From NCBI GenBank assembly GCA_051047955.1, contig JBPGPT010000040.1:1-64000 (forward strand): a stretch of 64,000 nucleotides of DNA, read 5' to 3'. The notes under the pieces are model-generated. The model worked only from the letters and a program-made list of their open reading frames with translations. It was not told the origin of the DNA and did no database searches. Source of the DNA: Cystobasidiomycetes sp. EMM_F5. Its lineage: Eukaryota. Below, piece by piece: positions 25,779 through 38,653 of this stretch; within the stretch, counting starts at the first letter, position 1; the number at the start of each line of letters is the position of its first letter. The position numbers and the translations under genes were made by a program.

Positions 25779-27190
25779 CTACAACAGCTTAATTACAACG
25801 TCTAGACTTCGGCATGTTGTCGCCAGATGCTCGGCTGCTGCTGCGACGGCTGCAAAATGTGATCCTGATGAATCAACACCATCCGCCTCGCATAGACGGT
25901 CCAGCCGTTGCGCGAGGTTTGTGACTGCCTTCTCCAAGCTCGCTTTGGCAGCCCGCAGCGCTGGCTTTTGCATAACCTGACCGTTTTGTACATCACACGC
26001 GTCTTGCGGACTTGATTGTAAAACCGAAGATGTGGGCGCCCCGGTCGACCCAATTACAGATAACGACTGCCTTGGCACTGCTGGTTTTACGGACCGTAAT
26101 GTTGCTCCAGATGCCGGCATGGCAAATCGTCTCTTCTTGGCTGCTGAAGTGTGTACGATATCTTGATCGCCCGCAGGGTCACCCCGCGACAAAGCAGGTT
26201 CCGCTAACGCTGCCGTTGGCGCAACTGTCGAAGATGTAGACGACGATGGTGCCGTAGCTGCAAGGAAAGCGTGGAGCGCTTGTGTATCTTGCTCTCGTAC
26301 GCTATCGCGCTGACAAATCACGCAGTAGCGACGCGGATCAAGTAATCTCTGGGAGTTTGGAACGTGGCTTGCGGGTCTTTTCCCGTTTGCGACAGTGAGG
26401 CCGGATGCACTGTGCGCCTCTACAATCACCTTTGGTCTCCGCATCAAGGGAATGTGATGACACTCGGGGTTAGTGCACTCGTCTCCCAATAACGTCCAGC
26501 CCTTCAATAGCTTTTGACCTATTGCGCTACTCGCTCGGTCTGACTGCTGTCTTGCTTCCGCGACTATTTGCGGATCGACCAGCGCAAAAGCGGTATCAGG
26601 ATTAGGCGACGGCAGGTTGGATGGTTGCGGGGTAGGAGGCGTGTCCGGTACCCAAGTGTGCGCACTTCTTTGCTCTTGTGCGTCAGGGTCAGGCAGCGAT
26701 GAAGTTGATGCAACGAGGAAGTCATCCGTGTCATGCTGACTCGAAGTAGGTGAGCTCGCTCGCGTTTTTGACGATAGTGGCTTAGATAACGGGTCTATGA
26801 GACCTTGTCGAGGAAGACTGACTTTGGCCCCACCGTCGCATCTGTTGTTCACAACCGTCAGAATTTTGTCAAGCGCGTTTTGTGCTCAGCCTTGAAGCTC
26901 ACCGAGCGCAAAAGCTGTCGGATCCGTCTCTTGAAACCATCAACGGACAGCCTATGCAGTCTGGGCGGCGGCATTCTTGGGCAGACATGGTCTAATGAGC
27001 GACTAACTTTAGCGTGCATGCTCTCACGGATGGTGTCTGACTTCAACGTACCCAGCCTGCGATTTGCATTGCGTATTTGGACAGATTTGAATCAGATACG
27101 CCGCACCACGAATGCAAATCAGTCTGCAATATCGAGCTGACCTTGCAACAGCGCAGCGCCGAGGACCGAGGAGACGTAGTCGGAAGTCAT
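25779..27190 (-). CDS. SSSCA1/ZNRD2-like protein with two Auto_anti-p27 zinc-ribbon modules
   Basis: Copy 1 (spliced via a 5-nt exon): SSVLGAALLQGWTMSAQECRRPDCIGCPLMVSRDGSDSFCARC; copy 2: SAIGQKLLKGWTLLGDECTNPECHHIPLMR...YCVIC; helical C-terminus. Confidence 0.8.
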
Positions 27191-27312
27191 GATTGGCAGT
27201 AGTGCAGCTTGATAATCATACACACAAGTGGGCAGCAAGTCAAGAGAGCAGCCTGATCGGCAATGTCACTATATACCTTGCAGTTCTGCCAACGGCCGCA
27301 GTTTGGCCAAGT

Positions 27313-30300
27313 ATGCGATGGCGTCCCAATTCTGTCCACATTGTATGGCTCTCTGCCTGGATATGCAGTCTTGCCGGCGATGGCAGCCGAATGAGCGGAG
27401 TCGCAGCAATGTCGACCAAACGCCGTCTCGAGCTCAGGTCCGCATGGGCAAAGTGGACTTCATGCAATGTAACAAGCTGATTCGGAGCCTGTAGAGATCT
27501 CGTCAAAGAGACATGGTACCATGCTATGAATTCCTGTGCGGGCATATACATTTGCGCCCTTGTAAACAAGCTGATGCTGCCGGCAGACATGGAACACGCC
27601 TATCCAAGCGACGAGCTACGACCGTTGACTTGCGAGGGTCTCAGTCAGTCAATCTAAGATCCTCGATGCAGTGTCAAACTAAGCGAGAGGCTATTTCGCA
27701 GCACGAGATGGCACGACCAACGAACACGAAATCAACGATGTTATGGGAGGTTATTCTCTGACCTTGATAGACGCTCTGGATACTTTCGTCCTAATGGGTG
27801 ACAAGTCGGGCTTCGAGAAAGCCGTAAAGACAGTTATACGCGATGTATCATTCGATTTGGACGCTAAAGTCCAGGTGTTCGAAGTCACCATCCGCGTTTT
27901 GGGCGGACTTCTGTCCGCTCACATATTTGCAAGCACGCCCAAGCATGGATACGGTTTAGACTGGTACCAGGATGAGCTACTCCATATGGCTCACGATCTT
28001 GGGAGGCGATTACTGCCCGCGTTCGAACACAGTCTGACAGGCATACCTTGGCCACGGGTCAATCTAAGGCATGGTTTGGGCAGGTCCGATAGCATGGAAA
28101 CATGCTCTGCTGCCGCAGGCAGTCTCCTGCTCGAGTTTGCAACTCTGAGTCGCTTGACCGGGGATCCTGTCTTCGAGGTATGCGCTAAACATCTTTCCCC
28201 TCAGACTGGCACTCACACTGTCCTTCCTCAGAGAGTAGCACGCAAGGCGTTGTTTCAAGTATGGAACAGGCGTTCGTCCCTGTCCTTACTTGGCAATACG
28301 CTCAACATGGTAAAGACTGCCGCCGCTTACACTTAGCATCTTTGGGATATGACTAACACGTCTGAACACTTCAGCAAACTGGACAGTGGATGTCTACAAC
28401 ATCTACTACTGGAGCGGGTGTAGATTCCTTTTTTGAATATCTAGCTAAAGCCTACATCCTTCTTGGCGATGACGAGTATTACCGCATCTGGACCGAAGCC
28501 TATGCCGCGGTAATGAAATGGAGTCGCTCAAAAGACGGCTTCTGGGTGAGATTGATCTAGAATTTTCTTGTGGAACTCCCGTTTGATCACACTGTACAGT
28601 ATCGATCCGTTCATATGGACAATGGTAACCTCGTCAGCGCAAACGTCGACTCACTGGCTGCCTTTTTCCCTGGTCTGCAGGTCCTAATGGGAGACATAGA
28701 AGCGTACGTAGACTTCGAGCGCGATGACATTGTGCGACGAAGCTGATGGATATGCCGGGTACAGGGCAATCAAGGCTCAGAGCGTGTACGTTAGAAATGT
28801 GCGCATGCAATGTCCTGCTTATACATAACTCCCAGCTTTGCAATGCTTTGGGAACGATTCTCAGGCTCGCCAGAAGTCTTCAATACGCAGGCTAGACGTG
28901 CTGAAGGCTTAGCTTGGCCGCTCCGGCCTGAGTTGATGGAATCGACACTCTTTCTTTACCAAGCGACTAAAGATGACTCTTACTTGCGTTTTGGAGAGCG
29001 AGTGATACTAGATGTCGTTAACCGCACAAAGGTCCCGTGTGGATTAGCGGCGTTAGAAAACGTTGAAACGGGAGAGCAGCAAAACAGAATGCACAGCTTT
29101 GTTGTGTCGGAAACATTGCCGGTACGTACAAAGGTAACGTACCCAAATCAAGCTATATCCGCTAAGCCTTTGCAGTATCTCTACCTTCTTTTCGACAATG
29201 ATAACCCCGTCAATCAAGGACAATCGAATGCAATTTTTACAACAGAGGGCCACTACCTTATCCTCGACAAAAAGTACCACATACCGCCTCCCAAGTCCCG
29301 AAAAGGCGAAGCATCCAATTGCCCAAAGTACAGATCAGGGCGGAATGCGAACGATGCGACTCAGAGCCTGCTGGGCACTATTGCTGTTCGCTCGGATATG
29401 GAGTACGCACGAAGCCTCGTTGGCCTAAATCTAAACGAGACCGAAGCGTTACGGACGGGCGTATGGTCCCCGAGTGGATTTTGTGAATCTCCGTCGGTAG
29501 AAGACTACGTTATGACTCTACTATTCTCGCATGACGGCAAAGAGGATCATTCGCCTGCTCTCACAAAACTACAGCCTCTGCAGGATGGACGCAACGGCTA
29601 CATGATACGGTCCATCCAAAACATTCGCCTGGAAATCACCCGTCGGCTTGGCGAGCGTGGTGGCTACGATGTCACTAAAGTGGGACCCTATCGTGTTTCG
29701 TCAAGTGCAACAGTTTTCATAGCCGATCCGGCTGTGGTCCTCACACTACTGGCAACATCGAATGCAGCAAAGACTCGACCAGATGCAGCCCCTTCGCAAC
29801 TGGGACAGATTACTCTACGTTTCTTATCGCAAGACGGTAGCGAACAGTCTTTGCCAGCCATTAAAGCCGGATTTGGCCCTGATATGAGCATGGATCCGCA
29901 GTATTCACAGCCTATGCATCTGTATTTTCTGCCGAATGGCAGCGCATACGGCTGCCATCATTATGCTTTCCCTCCGTTCGCTGCGTCGCAGGGTAACCAG
30001 AGTGGACGCATCGTCGTGGTCGCGCAGCGTGGAGAATGTACCTTTGCGAGCAAGATGAAATGTGCGATCGATGCTGGAGCGGCAGCGGTCGTCGTCCTGA
30101 GTGACGAAGAAGATGCTCTCGTTCCAAGCGCCAGTAGAGATGAGCTCACTCAGATGACGAGACTTATACCGCTGGTATTGATGCCGAGGAGTTCAGCTAG
30201 TCAGCTGCGGGATCTAGCTGAATTGTCTGCAGAACGCATCACTATGGAAGTCTCGCGGACGCCAGATTGGGCGAAACTCGAGCCTCCGCCAGAGAACGAT

Positions 30301-30363
30301 TTGGCTCGTACTCCGGTTATAGTCAATGGATATTGGCTGGCAAATTGCAAATTATCAAGGTAA
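27313..30363 (+). CDS. MNL1: ER degradation-enhancing alpha-1,2-mannosidase-like protein (GH47 plus PA domain; EDEM3/Mnl1-like)
   Basis: Signal peptide; DELRPLTC; MGGYSLTLIDALDT; VQVFEVTIRVLGGLLSAH; TGIPWPRVNL; GAGVDSFFEYLAK; LRPELMEST; SETL-YLYLLFD; FTTEGH; PA domain QRGECTFASKMKCAIDAGAAAVVV. Confidence 0.88.
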
Positions 30364-30490
30364 ACCATCGAACAGATCGGTTGGCGCGTGCAGAGATGGG
30401 ACACAGCAGGCGTTTGTTCGAATGATCTCACAACAACAAGAAGGCCAGGCGTAAGGCAGGCAAAAGTCCAGATTGTGCGCTTGCTGTTGA

Positions 30491-31344
30491 TCACACTGCC
30501 TTGGCCGCCTCCTGAGGGACAGATGAGGGCGCTTCGACCAGGTCCGGCAGAGGCTCATCCTTGAGGTCGTCGCGTAGATACGAAGGAATGGCGTCAGATT
30601 CGCCGGAAATCGACTCGAATGCGAGGTCGTCCTCGAGCGCATCCAGTTCTGGTTTGACGCATGCAATCAGTACTTGTCAGCGACGACTGCCCTTGAATAA
30701 TTCGCTGGAACATGGAGCATACCTGCTTGGAGATCAGCCTCGTCGAGCTCCTCGGGGACGCCGTACGTCCTCGACATGCTTTCCTGTATCTCGTTTGCCG
30801 ACTCGATGAGATCCTCCATCTCATACTGAAGATCCTCAATCTTGTTGATGTCAATCTTGCCGTACTGTTTCTTCATTTCCTTGTTGGCTACTTTCATTGC
30901 ATCTACTGTCGCCATTGTATTGCGAAGGTTCTCTGTCGTCATGGCCGCTTGTTCCATGTTCCAGGTCTGGGTTTCAGCGTTTCAGTAAACGAGCAACTTC
31001 ATTTGACAATCGCGATGCCATCCCACCTGTTGCTGTAGCTGCTGAATTTGAGACTCGTAGCTGTTGACGCGGTCGAGTTGCGTCAGCTTAATAGCGAGCT
31101 TGACCAAGCGACAGACAACCAACAGTTTGCGCTGTTTGAGCACTCGAAGCGCTCTTTGCTGTACAGCCTGCTTTCCTGGCCCGTCCTTCATACGCTTCAT
31201 TTGGTCTCTGTACCGCGTAAGCTCTCCATCCAGCTTCTTAACCTTGACCTGCACAGAGTCTATCCGGCTGTCCGTCGAGGCGATTGCATCAGTGAGGCTC
31301 GGCTTTGGCTTGGACGACGAGGATGCTCCAAAGATGCGGTTCAT
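30491..31344 (-). CDS. VPS60: ESCRT-III subunit Vps60 / CHMP5
   Basis: MNRIFGASSSSKPKPSLTDAI..., QRALRVLKQRK-YESQ, MEQAAMTTENLRNTMATVDAMK, EIQESMSRTYGVPEELDEADLQAELDAL. Confidence 0.93.
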
Positions 31345-31552
31345 GCTTTAGTCACTTCAGTGAGCCGCGGTCGGTTACTATCTGCATGTCGAGTTGGCGT
31401 CGTGTCGCGTTGTCGACCGTCCGAAACATTGCGATTTCGGCACATATGGATTTTCAGGAAGCCTGACTCTGTTCTTGTCACGACTGTATCTAGCTGGGCT
31501 CCTAATTATGCTCGTAGCCTCACCAGCGACTGCCTCGCCGAACCTGCTTTCC

Positions 31553-33181
31553 ATGTCCCCCCACAATCCGCCACCCGTCCACCTCGATATGCTCCTATAC
31601 GTACTTCAGAACACTCTCCTATCGCCATTCTTTGCGTGCGGTGCACTGCTGTTTGCTCATCATGCACAGGTACGCGCCGTGTCTTTCAGACGTGATTGAC
31701 CCAAACCCCCTTGAGCCTTCGCGAACATACGAAAATAGACGTCGTTTCGTTCCTATGTCACAGCGGACCTCTGTTTCTTGCATTCGGCGATATCTGCTAA
31801 TGCACTGTTTGGTTCCCGGCAGAAATATTCCATTCAAGCTGCAGCTGAACTGCCGTTCGTCATGGCATATTTTGGACTTTGCTGGCTGTGGTGGTTCTTG
31901 CAATGGTCCAGTCGCACCTGGGAGAATGCAACGTGGCAGTATGGCTGGCGAGGCCTTTGTGGACTCCACCGAGTTGACTGGAGCAACGAGATAGTACTCG
32001 TCACCGGAGGTATAACCCTATTGAAAGTGACTTTCGTTTTACATATCAAGCTGACCACGGCTTGTATAGGCTGTCGTGGCGTGGGAAAGGCTGTAGTTGA
32101 CATTCTCGACATGAAAAAGGTTACTGTGGTCGTACTCGACCGCGATGACCCGGATCTAGCGGTGACGACCGGCTATAACGACGTATGTTTCTACAAGTGT
32201 GACATTGCTGATAAGGCGGAGATAAGACACGTCGCCAAACGCGTCCGGAATGAGGTTTGTTCTATGTAGGTTCTATATGACCTGCTCTGAGCGAAATTTA
32301 CTGCAGATTGGCAGTCCAACAATGCTCATCAACAATGCTGGAATTGTAGCTGGTCGATCCCTCTTGGAGCTTTCCGAAGACGAGATTGAGAGGTTGGTTC
32401 CTCATCTTGATTGTTGAAGAACGATGCGCTGATGGTGATGCTCAACGTAGAACATTCAATGTAAATGTACTTGCCGCTTTCTGGCTTATAAAGGCATTTT
32501 TGCCAAAAATGGTGGAGAAGAAGCACGGTCATATCGTCAACGTTTCGTCTTTGGCGGGCAACATCGGGTGTGCCGGACTCAGTCAGTCTTTGTGCACAAA
32601 CGAGCTACGGTCAAATACAGTTGACACGGTTGATCTCATCGATCTCAGCCGACTATTGTGCTTCCAAGTTTGCGCTCGTTGGGCTGCATGATGCGCTGAG
32701 GGGAGAATTACGAAATGCGTGAGCTACACCACCAGGATGCGCACGCTGACGAGTCGAGCTGAACACGCTACTCTGACTCAAATAGCTCCGCAAGCCGCGT
32801 CAGGCTAACGTTGATCCAGCCAGCTCACATTCGAACGGGATTATTCCAGACACTACGACCGCTCAACGCATTCTCTCGCTTCCTGATTCCCCTGCTGGAA
32901 CCGCATGATGTCGCAAAGGCAATTGTGGCACAGCTCGATCGCGAAGAGGGTGCTACAGTATGTTTGCCTCGCATCATAGGTATCACCTGGCTGTACCGAG
33001 GCATGCCTAGCTGGATGCAAGACATCGCGAAACATGTGAGTGTCCCGTGTTGAACATCAATCGACAAGTCATTCTGAGACGTTATCTTTAGTTTACTGGT
33101 GCCGATCTTGCCATGCAGGGTTTTCGAGACAACGCTGGTCACATCGATAGGATCCCAGGCCATGACAAAGGACGCGATTGA
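31553..33181 (+). CDS. Membrane-anchored short-chain dehydrogenase/reductase (RDH10/17beta-HSD11-like)
   Basis: N-terminal TM segments; VLVTGG-CRGVG; LINNAG; GHIVNVSS; DYCASKF (YxxxK). Confidence 0.88.
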
Positions 33182-33793
33182 GCAGTCCGGAAGCCTTTCC
33201 ACACCTCATTTCCAGAAGATTTCCTATTCTTGACGAAGGCGGTCAGTTCGCTGGGGTCGAATGAAACGCAAGACCGCGAAAATGATGTTGCCGTGTAATT
33301 GAAAGTCCAGGCTATTATCTCGCGATTTAGGAAATTGCAAGGTGAGACTATGTTTCAGAAGCTGTATTGCGCGCAATCAAGGCTAGCGGATCAAGAAATG
33401 CATGGAACGGCTAGGTGACCATGATGCGCCTCACACGGACTTCCAAAACTCATAAGGCCCCTCAACTTCTACAAGACTTGTCCGGATCCGCAATAAAGAG
33501 CAAAAGAAGAGCCGTCTCGCAAAACAGTAAACGTCTTCAAATTAGATTGGATTCGTCAAAGCAGTTGCATGCTGTAGCGTAGTCGTTGAAGTTCACGTAG
33601 TACGGTGGCTGCGCAGGCCTCTGCATAGCTTGTGTGCAATTTGTAACTTTGACCAATGCATTTGCCCTGGGCAGCCCAAAATCCAATCTTCCCGTACAAC
33701 GTTTGTTCCAGCTAGCTGACGTGAAGCCGAATACCACTAGCGTCTCTGATTGCCTCTGTCTTGACTTCCTATTGAGACCCGCTACATCCAATA

Positions 33794-34967
33794 TCACGCG
33801 TCCATGTGTAGCTTCTCCTCCACAGTATGTGCAGTATGGGCGGAATGTGCGGAAGACAGAAGCGCCATTGGTACCCGCTCCTGCGGCAGGGCCACAGTAT
33901 TAGATCGTGCAGGTTTGTCGCTCGGTCCCGAGTGCAGCAGTGAGAAACTGGCTTTCTCTCCACGACCATCGGTGATTACAGCCAAAGCCAGGGAGTTTAC
34001 GACCACGTCAATCCCACAGCAAAGCAAGCACTCTGCTGCAAACGAAGGAGAGCAAGTCAGTGTTGACCGAAGAAAACTTGAGTAGTAAGCTTACCGGCAT
34101 GTTCGCCTTTGAGAAGTAGCAGGACCGTCAGGTTGATGACAGTGGACACTCCCGAGATTACTAGGGAGAAGATTGTAGACCGGACTAGTGTGCGCGACTC
34201 TGATGACTGCTGAAGTTGACGTTTGACAAGTAGCCAAGTGTACGAAATTATCAGATAGACATTAATAAGGAAGGCCCAGATAATGACGGGTGCAGCCAAA
34301 CCCCAACGGAGAAATACATGACCTAGGAAAATCACTGGTCAGATTGCACAAAGAAATCTTTCGATGTTCGTCGTTCGCTTACATCCCACTGCGTGAGTCA
34401 TTGCTGGGTCGCTTGACATGTAGATCAAAGCCCAGTCCTTACTGAGCCCTAGCAGAATAGCGCAAGGCACACCAAGCGCAAAGATGGCGCCTCCAATCAT
34501 GTAAGGTAAGCATCGCAGGCGGTTCAGAAAGACAGGCTCGCCAGTATTGACTGGGTTCTTCAGATACGACACAAGATAGAGCCGCTCCAGATAGTATAGA
34601 TAGAGGAGGACCTTTGTGAGGACAAAGACAGACACACACATGATGATAGACGCATCGCAGGTCTCCGAGTGCGCTGTGCCGATGCCAAAAGTGAGAACAC
34701 CGCTGATAGCCACAAACACGAAGCTGGCAAATGCGGAAGGGTAAGCCAAACGATAGATTGGTCAGACACTCGGACGTACGACACGAGGAACACAAGTAAA
34801 GCCAACAGGTCACACAACCAAAAACTCGACAGCGGCTTGAATGTCGTCAATGTGCGCTTGTATTGTGATGCGCGTCGTGCGATGATGCCAGTATTGACGA
34901 CGATGCAGATCAGAAAGCAAAAGTACGTCTGGACCCGTACATTGCAAGGTTCGATTAGCCGCGACAT
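33794..34967 (-). CDS. Fungal multi-pass (about 7 TM) membrane protein, GPCR-like, function unknown
   Basis: Four exons with successive hydrophobic helices; CDASIIMC..TKVLLYLYYLERLYLV, INVYL, CLLCCGIDVVVN; short polar tail. Confidence 0.7.
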
Positions 34968-35777
34968 ACCAAAGTCAGACTGTGCTGCCTCCACTCACCA
35001 CGACTTGCCAACCTCGGTTGGGGAAAGTGCTGCGAGACGGGAGGGACGCTGTCTGAGTGAAATACCTCCTTGAGCAGCGAGCCATACACCTACACAATAG
35101 CATCGTATGGCGCATCGACGACTGGCATGTTTGCTGTGTCTGTACTGTGTTGGTGACAGCGAAGACGAGCGCAAATGATTGAAAGCGGACAGGCGCCAGG
35201 CTACACGGTCCCGCAGATCCGGGCACTGTGCGACAGGAGGCGGAAAGGAGTGAGACTTTTGCGAAAGGGAAGATTTAGTGCAACACCAAGCCAACGCTGA
35301 GGGGTAGTCGTGAGAGCTTGACGGAATTTGCGCCTCCGAGACAAATGGTTCTGCGACGGAACAACCCTGTCAGACCCGCAAATGCTTGTGCCATGTCACT
35401 TGAAACCTGAAATATTACTCGTAGCATGCTCCTGCCTTGATATCAATATTAAATTCACATCTCCATGCGTAGCATCTTGTGCTGTACACAGCTGCCTTTG
35501 AACGATGCATTTGGAATGCGCCGGTCTCGGCAAGACCCAATGGTGATGGGTTTAGGGCATGCCTTGGCTTTCCAGTACCGAGCAGGCAACCGCTTCGACG
35601 TCGTATCACGCATCATATTTGTACAGCACCCCATACGATTGCGAATCGAAGCATTAGCGTATACTATGTAGCCCTCGATCGCATAGGCCTCTTTGCCCAG
35701 GTCCCAGCTCAGTGACGCGGTTCAGTAGTTGCCAGCTGCCTGTGTCGAGACGCATTTGCTGCATCCCTGCAACCAAC

Positions 35778-37246
35778 ATGTTTCGCAACAGTATGTCTCC
35801 ATCGCAGCCGGTCATGCTGGACGAGAAGCTGACGGAAGGAGGTTTCGACATTGATTGCGTGTCGCTGGTGAAATGCAACAGCTTACGATGGAGAGTGAGG
35901 GTCTCAGCACAATTACGATGATAACATACGTCTCTGACAATGCTTGTCGTCACGGTCTGACCTTCTTCCGTTCTGAATCTTCCGCTACCCAGCAATTCCA
36001 CATTCTCGCCTCAGGGACGGTTGCATCAGGTCGAATACGCTCTGGAGGCCGTAAAGCAAGGTTCAGCTGCCGTTGGATTGAGGAGCAAGACACATGTAAT
36101 CTTATTAGCGTTGAAGGTGGGCAATTCATAGATGCGATGCTCTCCTGGGGTCAGACTCATAGGCTCTTGGAATATATGACAGCGCTCCGCAGGGGAGCTA
36201 GCATCGTATCAAAAGAAGCTCATCAGAATAGATGACCACATCGGAGTTGCAATCGCTGGTCTCACGAGCGATGCGCGTGTGTTATCGTGAGTAATCAGCT
36301 GGTTGTGCAGAAGCGCAGCTGAGCGGTGCGCACGTCAACAGCGACTTCATGCGACAACAAGCCCTTTCCTCAAAGATGATGTATGCACGACCGATTCCCG
36401 TCAACCGAGCCGTCAACGCCATCTCCGACAAAGCACAATACAACACGCAAATGTACGGGAGAAGGCCGTACGGCGTAGGGTTCCTTGTCGGAGGTTATGA
36501 TGTGAGTCGTGGCTTTACACAACATCCCAGCCGAATGTAACTGACATTTCGAGTCCACGATCAGGAGACCGGGCCACATCTCTTTGAATTCTCCCCGTCA
36601 GGCGTGACGTACGAATACAATGCCATGGCAATCGGCGCGCGTTCGCAGAGTGCAAAGACCTATCTGGAGAAGCACTTTGAGCAGTTTCCTGACTGTATGT
36701 AGCGCTCTTGCGGCTCAGGGATCGGCATCTCTGACATTCTGTTCGCACTCGGCTAGGTGATCTGGAAACGCTCATCACACACGGTCTGAATGCTTTGCGA
36801 GATACGTTACAGCAAGACAAGGAATTGACGACGCAGAATACTTCCATTGTATGCATCCTTTGTCCACTGTACTTGACTCTTGGCTTACGGTCGTTCTTTA
36901 GGCGGTGGTTGGGCCGGCATCTATTTCATCCATTCTTTCCATGGCCCTTATCGCTCAAGATCCACCCAAACCATCTATAACCGCCACTCAAGCAACGCGT
37001 GTGGACAACTTTACGCCTCTCACGTCCATCGTCTCTGCGAAGGACCCCGCTCAATTCGAGACCGACAAGTTTCATATCATAGAGGGAGAAAGTTTACAAG
37101 TATATCTCGACCGCTTAGAGTATCTGACTGGCCAGGCGCCGGCCGTCGCCAGCGAGGACAATGCCATGGAAGCTGAAGGTACAGCCGCCACAGACGGTAA
37201 TCAAGCGCCCGCCGCCCCTGCAGCTACTGGGATGGATACAGATTGA
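35778..37246 (+). CDS. PRE5: 20S proteasome subunit alpha-6 (PSMA1-like)
   Basis: [78 protein letters not shown]; two 13-nt first exons. Confidence 0.95.
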
Positions 37247-37510
37247 ACAGCTTGCAGCGCGTGTGTGCGTGACCCTTCCTGTTTTAACGGCATTTGTCAC
37301 CTTTCAGACAACGTCTGTCGTTGTATCATGTATCATGGTAAACCACAGCGCCCGGATACGGCCCACCAAGGCAGGCATCGCTGCACATCTCATTCCATGC
37401 TACATTGCCGAATGCTATCTGCGTTTCTTTGCGAAGTAGACGTACATGTGCTGATAGCCGAACATTTTCGTCACGGAAGTGCATGGAAATAGACTCGATA
37501 TACAATTTTG

Positions 37511-38302
37511 CTATTGCGGAGGCGCTACAGTTCCGCAATCCTTACAGGTCCGCAGATCTGGGCTGCTCTGCCATTCCTGTAAAGTATGTCAACTCGTGCC
37601 ACCGCTCTTAGCCATGATGTGGGTAACTTACGCGTATCGGGCTGACTAGCTGCTTGCCGAGGTCTGTGCAATGGAAGGCCACTTCACGAATGAGATGCGG
37701 CTCTTTGTGAGCACCTGAGCGGCAATACCACCGTAGTCGATCTGAATATACAGTTATGATGAGCTAGCAGTCGGACCGTGATACTCTTGCAAGCGCACCG
37801 ATACTCTCGCCTGGGCGAACGCGTTCCATGACGATCCCGACAGTGTCAGCAAAGCGGACAGGACAATGCGGCGTGTTTGCTGCAGAGATTTGCGGACCCG
37901 TTAGTGAAGGTGAATAGACGCAAGTGCCGTCAACGGAAGCTCACCAGGTAGCAGGAACATTTCCCCTTCTTCGATGCGATACTCTCTGAATTCGGATTCG
38001 TCAATCATGCGCAGCAGCATTCCGCCCTTGTATTGATAGAACCATTCTTCCGTCTCATTTACATGATAGTCTAGGTATGTCGTCGAATTGACGCATCTCA
38101 GCTCGACAAGTTTAGAACGGAAATCGGATTCAAGATGTGATTTCGGAAAACGAAGCGCACCATTTCGTTCGTTTGGGCCGCCAACCACCATCATGGTGTA
38201 GTCTTTCCCGTTGTATAGACAGAAATTATTTACAGGCGGCTTCAGGCGGTCCTTGTTCTCTTCAAGCCACCGCGGAAAGTTAATGGGCGGAGCGATAGGC
38301 AT
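37511..38302 (-). CDS. BNA1: 3-hydroxyanthranilate 3,4-dioxygenase (kynurenine/NAD pathway)
   Basis: [89 protein letters not shown]. Confidence 0.95.
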
Positions 38303-38653
38303 GTTGGGGGAAGATAGCTTGATGAGACGATGTCGCAGAGATGTATGGCCAGAGGAGTGAGTGAGATGCCAGTAGGAACAGGATAAGGTTGGCTTGAAAG
38401 CAAGCTGGTTTACGTAATCTTATACGTAGGAAAGCCAGTTGTAGGAGTTGCCAAACGCTGGTATCATGGGTTGCGTGCAACCGCAGGCAAGTTACGAAGC
38501 TTCTGCCCTGGTCCACCGGATCGGAGCTTGCTTCGTTCAAGTCGTCGTATCCATACACTTTGCACGCCACCGGTTCCCAAAACGTGATTGTACCCGGCTC
38601 ACTACTTTGGCCAGCAACGCACACCTGCCGACAATCTAGATCTGCGAGTCGAC

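Noticed and set aside
37511..38302. BNA1 as part of the aromatic catabolic cluster
   Set aside because: It is about 15 kb away, separated by housekeeping genes, and is an ordinary NAD-pathway gene
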